A stretch of 39,254 nt of DNA from Chiloscyllium plagiosum. Taxonomy: Eukaryota. The notes under the pieces were generated by a model. The model ran no database searches and was not told where the DNA came from. It worked only from the letters and a program-made list of their open reading frames with translations. This document shows, in pieces, positions 34,901 to 39,254 of this stretch (positions are counted from its first letter, which is position 1; each line of letters begins with the position of its first letter). The stretch covers positions 1 to 39,254 of the forward strand of contig NW_025214117.1 of assembly GCF_004010195.1 (NCBI RefSeq). Direction: 5' to 3'. Made by a program: the position numbers and the translations under genes.

Positions 34901-37527
34901 TATATTCTTCAAACAAAATTATTTGCTTTGCTGCAATAGTTGCCAGTTCTGACACTAAAGTTGCATGAAACCTAGATAATATTCAGTCATGACCGATAGG
35001 CTCTATTCTACAATTAGCTTTCAGTGAATGGTAAATTTTCTGCAACTGTTTCCAAAGTATCACAAAAAAAATTTCTTGGACATTTAATCCCTCAATTTAA
35101 CCAGCTACTTTTAAATCAAGGGATGCTCGTATTTAGGATTCATGGTGAGGGAGCTGTTAGATCGTAATTATGTGTTGAAGGACAAGTTACACATGTATAT
35201 TATTGTAGCAAGGTAGTATTGATCAAACACTTAACTTTACACAATCTTTCCATTGATCTGCACAAGGTTCGAACTCACTATTTGCTTCTTGCATCCAAAT
35301 ATAACATTCTGCTTCATAATAAATTGAACAGAGAAATTAATCTGATTGTAGCTAATACCATGTAAGCCATTATTTCTCATGTTTTCAGGAATACTTAATG
35401 AACTCAAAAGAAATTTGTCTGCATTTTGCAATCTGAAGTGTATCACAGGAATTGCAGTTTTGTATGCTGTACCTTCATACAGCTTAGTACAAAATAATGA
35501 GTACAATTGCACAATCAAAATATTGTGTTTGATCCTTTTACATAATGCAATTTATTATAGGTCAGAATTTGTACATTAAAAACTGACAAGAGTAGCATCT
35601 AGCCAAATAAACATGAAAATATTATAGAAAGACAGCTATAACCTATTTCATTGCAAAACTTTTGCAGCATAATACCACATTTATCCAATCTCATAAAACA
35701 AACCACAAATAGAAAATAAAAGTTGAAATCATTGACTGTTAAAAGGTCATCATACTAACTTTTGATCACTAAGTTCACAATATTGCGTTACACAACAGAC
35801 AATGAAATAAACAGGCAATGTATCAAGTAACACATTTGGACAAGTAATGCCATGACACCATCCATCAAGAATCGAAAACAGTCTTTTAACTGCCCATTTT
35901 TCAAAGTGCAGTTAAAAAGTTACTTTCGAATCAGGAAACCCACTTATTTAAACAACAATGAAGTCCACGCAAGGAATATTTTTGAAATATTGTTTACATC
36001 TAATCTTATGCCAAATAAATGCTACTTGGAATTTATAATGTATTCTATATTTCAAATATACCGAAAGGAATTAAACTGTGCTGAACATACCAGCGGAAAC
36101 ATGCTTGACAAAACAAACGAAATGTCTTCACATTCAGAACTGTTATAAGCAGTTTGAAATTAACTACCCTACTCACTGATGACTAAGCTGAGCTGTCAAA
36201 CTATTAGGTTAATCTAGGACTTCCATCCTACTGTCAATCGCACGCTAAACAATATATTTCTGCATTTTCAATATTAACACTATTAATACATTCAGCTAGA
36301 CCCCTCGACCCCGCGCACGCAGCTGAATATTTTGGAAACTAGATGAATACTTCCAAACAGGGCATTTTTCATGGCTCCCTTCAGTGTACATATGACAGCC
36401 ATTAATCGACTCAGGACGAAGTTATTCTGCTAATTCACTGATCCATCCGTAGACTAAGGATGTGAAAGAACACATTTTCTGGGTCCAAAATTACACAACA
36501 CTTGAAATAGTTCACAAAATAAAACAAGCATGCACGTTTTTAGAAAAAAAACAGACATCATTCTCAAAATAAACATGTTTAGCCAGTCAATAAAAAAAAG
36601 TTGACTGAACTTACCACAGAAAAAAACTCACTAAATCCTGCCTCTGTGACTGTGGGCCTAACAATCCAGCTTCAAACTTTTCTTAAAAATAAAAAAAACG
36701 TGTACGTTCGCCGCACACTTCCAACTATACGCTTTCCCCTGCCCTTAATCAGAAAAATCCTTCAAGAAGGGATGAAGGTTGGGGAGGAGGAGTGGGGGTA
36801 GAATAAGAACAAACATGCCAGAATATTTCCGGGTTAATTTAAGCGATCAAGGCACTCACCCCCACTGTAACATCCCCCTCAAGAAATAAAAGCCAAGATG
36901 AAGAGGTTTGGGGAGGGAACGGGAAACAGCCACGACTCAAATATAGTTTTTTTAACCCCCCCTTATTTTAAAAAAAACATATAAAATAAAAGTGAAGTGA
37001 AAGGTTGCAAAGGATTATTCACGCTGCTATTATATCCAGTCTGCCCCCTGAAAGCTCTGGTGCTGCTGCTGCTGTTTCTGTCATTTGCTGTGAGGCTGGA
37101 AAAGCGAATAATCCACTTCAAACAAACTCAGATTTCCCTGCCAAGCAGATACATTCGGGTGGCTAAGGGAAGCAGAAATGTTGCTATTTTTACTCACCAC
37201 TCAGAGGATACTGTATCAGCCGCGAAATGAATAATTGTATCAAAAAGACACAATGTTGCTATTTTTAGTCTCCCACAGACAGACCTGCCCCTTCGCTCAC
37301 AGCAGCAATCCTCCTTTATCCTTCCGCCCACCCAGGACATGGGGGGGGGGGTGGTGAATCAAACACACACATCCCCCCCAACCAAAAATACAAGATCCAC
37401 CCCTCCAGCCATCCACATTACCCCACATTACCTCCTCCCCCCCAAGGTTGTTGACAGCTGAACCCCACTACATACACGCTGCCCCCACTCTAATAACAAC
37501 AACAACAACACCAAAAGTGAGGCCTAC

Positions 37528-37580
37528 TTTTCTGCCAGAGCCGCAGCACTGCGCGGAGTAGCACACAGCAGGCTAATGGT
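37528..37580 (-). other. Candidate non-coding first exon of the minus-strand unit
   Basis: GC-rich 50 nt directly next to the CRE at 37582, ending in AAA|GTAGGC donor at 37527-37522. Confidence 0.35.
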
Positions 37581-37990
37581 CTGACGTCAAACGCCCCCCT
37601 CCTTAAGGAGATTTCACAGCCGCCACCTCCTTTAAAGGAGGGTATTACTCCTTCAAATACGCACTTTTATGTTGACTACGCCTCTGTTGCATTGAAGCAG
37701 TTTGGAGGAAAGGACTGAAGGTCTCGGCACCCCGAGATGGTGGTGTTTTTGACCCTCTGGGCTCCGAGAATGTTTCCAGTTTGGGTCTAAATTCTCCCTA
37801 CCTGCTATTGACGTCATGGCAGGGAGTGTGTGGGCGGACCCTCTCTGGACAGACCCTCTCCCTGATTGGCCGCGCCCCCATGACTGACGGGCGCCTAACC
37901 AATAGTAAGCCGGTCGGCTGGCAGGGTGGGGCCAATGGGCGAAGAGGAAGTGCAGTGTTTGGTTGAGCTGGGCGTTGGGCGTGATGAGGT
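37540..37990. promoter_or_regulatory. CpG-rich, probably bidirectional RNA polymerase II promoter
   Basis: TGACGTCA (CRE) at 37582-89 and 37809-16; CCTTTAAAGG (CArG) 37629-38; GGGCGG 37832-37; ATTGG 37865-69, CCAAT 37899-903 and 37932-36; GGAAGT (ETS) ~37947; locally high CpG density. Confidence 0.85.
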
Positions 37991-38490
37991 TTGGTTGAGG
38001 GAACATCGCAGGATCTGGTTCTTCAGGAAGAGGGTGGGGTGTGGGAAGCATGGGCTTTACTCATTCATTTATGTGTCTGTTGCTGGAAATACCTGGAGTG
38101 TAACTACGTACTTTGTCCGGAGTGTCTGAGGAGAGCTTCAGTTGTACACACAAACGCAGTGGCAGTCCAGTTCAGGCGAACACTTCACTTTCTGAGGCCG
38201 GATGTGTTATATCAAACCAACTCTGTCTCTGGAAACTCTTACGAACAAGCGTTAGCTCCAAAAGCTGTAAAACGTCTTTCAGAATCAAACCAGCCCAGAG
38301 TCCGTTGGGTGTAATGTTTTTTTTTAAAACACTCCATTTTATCTGTTTGTGAGGTGCCACCCTAATTTTATTGAATTTAAAGAGATGAATTTAAAACACA
38401 TTTGCCTGTGCAGGACTTTTGTTATTTCTAAAATAAATAAAGCATTGGCCAACTTTATTTCAAATGGTCCTTTGGTAATGTTTAACTTGG

Positions 38491-38598
38491 CCTGATGAAA
38501 GAGCAGTGCTCCAAAAGCTTGTGATTTCAAATAAACCTATTAAACTATCACCTGGTGTCATGTGACTTATGGCTTTGTCCACCCCAGTCCAACACCTC
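38491..38598 (+). mobile_element. Single-arm relative of the 25409-25614 element, hammerhead core mutated
   Basis: CCTGATGAAAGAGCAGTGCTCCAAAAGCTTGTG..AAATAAACCT..CCTGGTGT..CCACCCCAGTCCAACAC aligns by eye to 25533-25610 and to the reverse complement of 25423-25439; GAAA has become AAAA. Confidence 0.7.
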
Positions 38599-38614
38599 CA
38601 CGTCATAACTTGAA

Positions 38615-38900
38615 GGAGATGAGTTGAGTTCAGTTGGCTGGACAACTAGATCAAGATGGGCAGAGGAGGGATGCTGCCTGACCTCCTGTGCTTTTCCAGC
38701 ACCACTCTGATCTAAGCTAGATCAAGATTCAGAGTGATGCCAACAGCATGGGTTTGGTTCCACTTTGGTAGAGGTTACTATGAAGCACTTTGCTCAACTT
38801 CTTTCCATCACCTGAGGCTGGGTGAACCACAGGTTAAACCACCAACAGTTGTTCATCTCTAATGAGGGAGCACTGGTAAGACTATGGCAATTTTACCTTA
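38615..38900 (+). mobile_element. tRNA-derived SINE interrupted by a 59-bp insertion
   Basis: A-box-like GAGTTCAGTTGG, decayed B box GGTTTGGTTCC, body CCTGAGG..CAGGTTAAACCACCA..CTCTAATGAG..GGTAAGACTATGGC resembling a shark SINE (from memory). Confidence 0.5.
38658..38716. mobile_element. 59-bp insertion related to the 14551-14678 repeat, with 12-bp TSD
   Basis: CTAGATCAAGAT at 38646-57 and 38717-28; GGATGCTGCCTGACCT..TGCTTTTC is the reverse complement of ~14604-14631. Confidence 0.7.
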
Positions 38901-39049
38901 TAACTTGAATATTGCTGTAAAAGGGATATATTTTCATCTTGCACTCATCAGAATGATTTGCAAGAAATACCAATGAAAAGGGAAAACATTTGTGCCAGAG
39001 TAGAGTGCTGATTGGAAGGTGAATGCACACTAATTGCAAATATACCAGA

Positions 39050-39254
39050 TATGGGCTTTCAGGAGGTTCATGAAGATGAGTAGGCAGACAGGAGGTTTGG
39101 AGGAATTCTAGAACATGGTGTCAAGGCAGCTAAAGGCAGTGCCAGCAATGGGAAGGCTGGATGCAAATGAAGGCAGAGATGGAAGTGGGGAGAATCCTAT
39201 AGGCTGGTGGTGTTGTCACCAATTTAGTGGAATTGAGGATCGAGGGAGTTGAAG
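39050..39254 (-). mobile_element. Decayed L2-like LINE fragment running off the window
   Basis: GGAGGTTTGGAGGAATTCTAGA..AGGCAGCTAAAGGCA..GCCAGCAATGG resembles the reverse complement of an L2 3' region. Confidence 0.45.

Larger units (their letters stand above)
18603..37580 (-). ncRNA. Inferred long minus-strand transcription unit (lncRNA-like or pseudogene-derived); boundaries approximate
   Basis: Promoter at 37.5-38 kb, minus-strand donor sites at 36.6-37.5 kb, sustained A-rich plus (U-rich minus) composition, no recognisable ORF, exon-like elements at 18.6-20 kb. No transcript evidence available. Confidence 0.35.

Noticed and set aside
36176..36200. CTGATGA as a hammerhead core (also at 19197)
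   Set aside because: No stem II followed by GAAA.
38160..38314. Naming the plus-strand exon as OIP5, NDUFAF1 or another VPS39-region gene
   Set aside because: No diagnostic motif and no ATG; the resemblance was only superficial.
1..39254. CRISPR arrays, operons, prokaryotic defence systems
   Set aside because: The sequence is vertebrate; no regularly spaced repeat-spacer array was seen.

Overview
Eukaryotic, repeat-rich vertebrate DNA. The repeats (HE1-type SINE, CR1/HER1-like LINEs, Deu-domain SINEs, small hammerhead-bearing Penelope-type elements) point to a cartilaginous fish, probably a shark (inference). The only gene I can name is VPS39, whose last coding exon is at 1815-1896 (+), followed by a T-rich 3' region with three Tigger/pogo-like non-autonomous transposons. 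Nearly all long ORFs in the supplied track are broken CR1 ORF1/ORF2 pieces or their antisense shadows. A CpG-rich promoter at about 37.5-38.0 kb (two CRE, a CArG box, a GC box, three evenly spaced CCAAT boxes, ETS) looks bidirectional. On the minus strand it is followed by a cluster of strong 5' splice sites and about 20 kb of U-rich sequence with no recognisable ORF, ending in exon-like and decayed coding-like sequence at about 15.3-19 kb. I infer a long non-coding or pseudogene-derived transcript convergent with VPS39. The most unusual signal is an approximately 210-nt rod-like fold-back at 17672-17884 whose mismatches are mostly G-U pairs on the minus strand only, and whose 5' arm carries a let-7/miR-98-like 22-mer and a miR-7-seed 23-mer. 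Repeat family names and miRNA sequences are recognised from memory; no database search or folding program was run.
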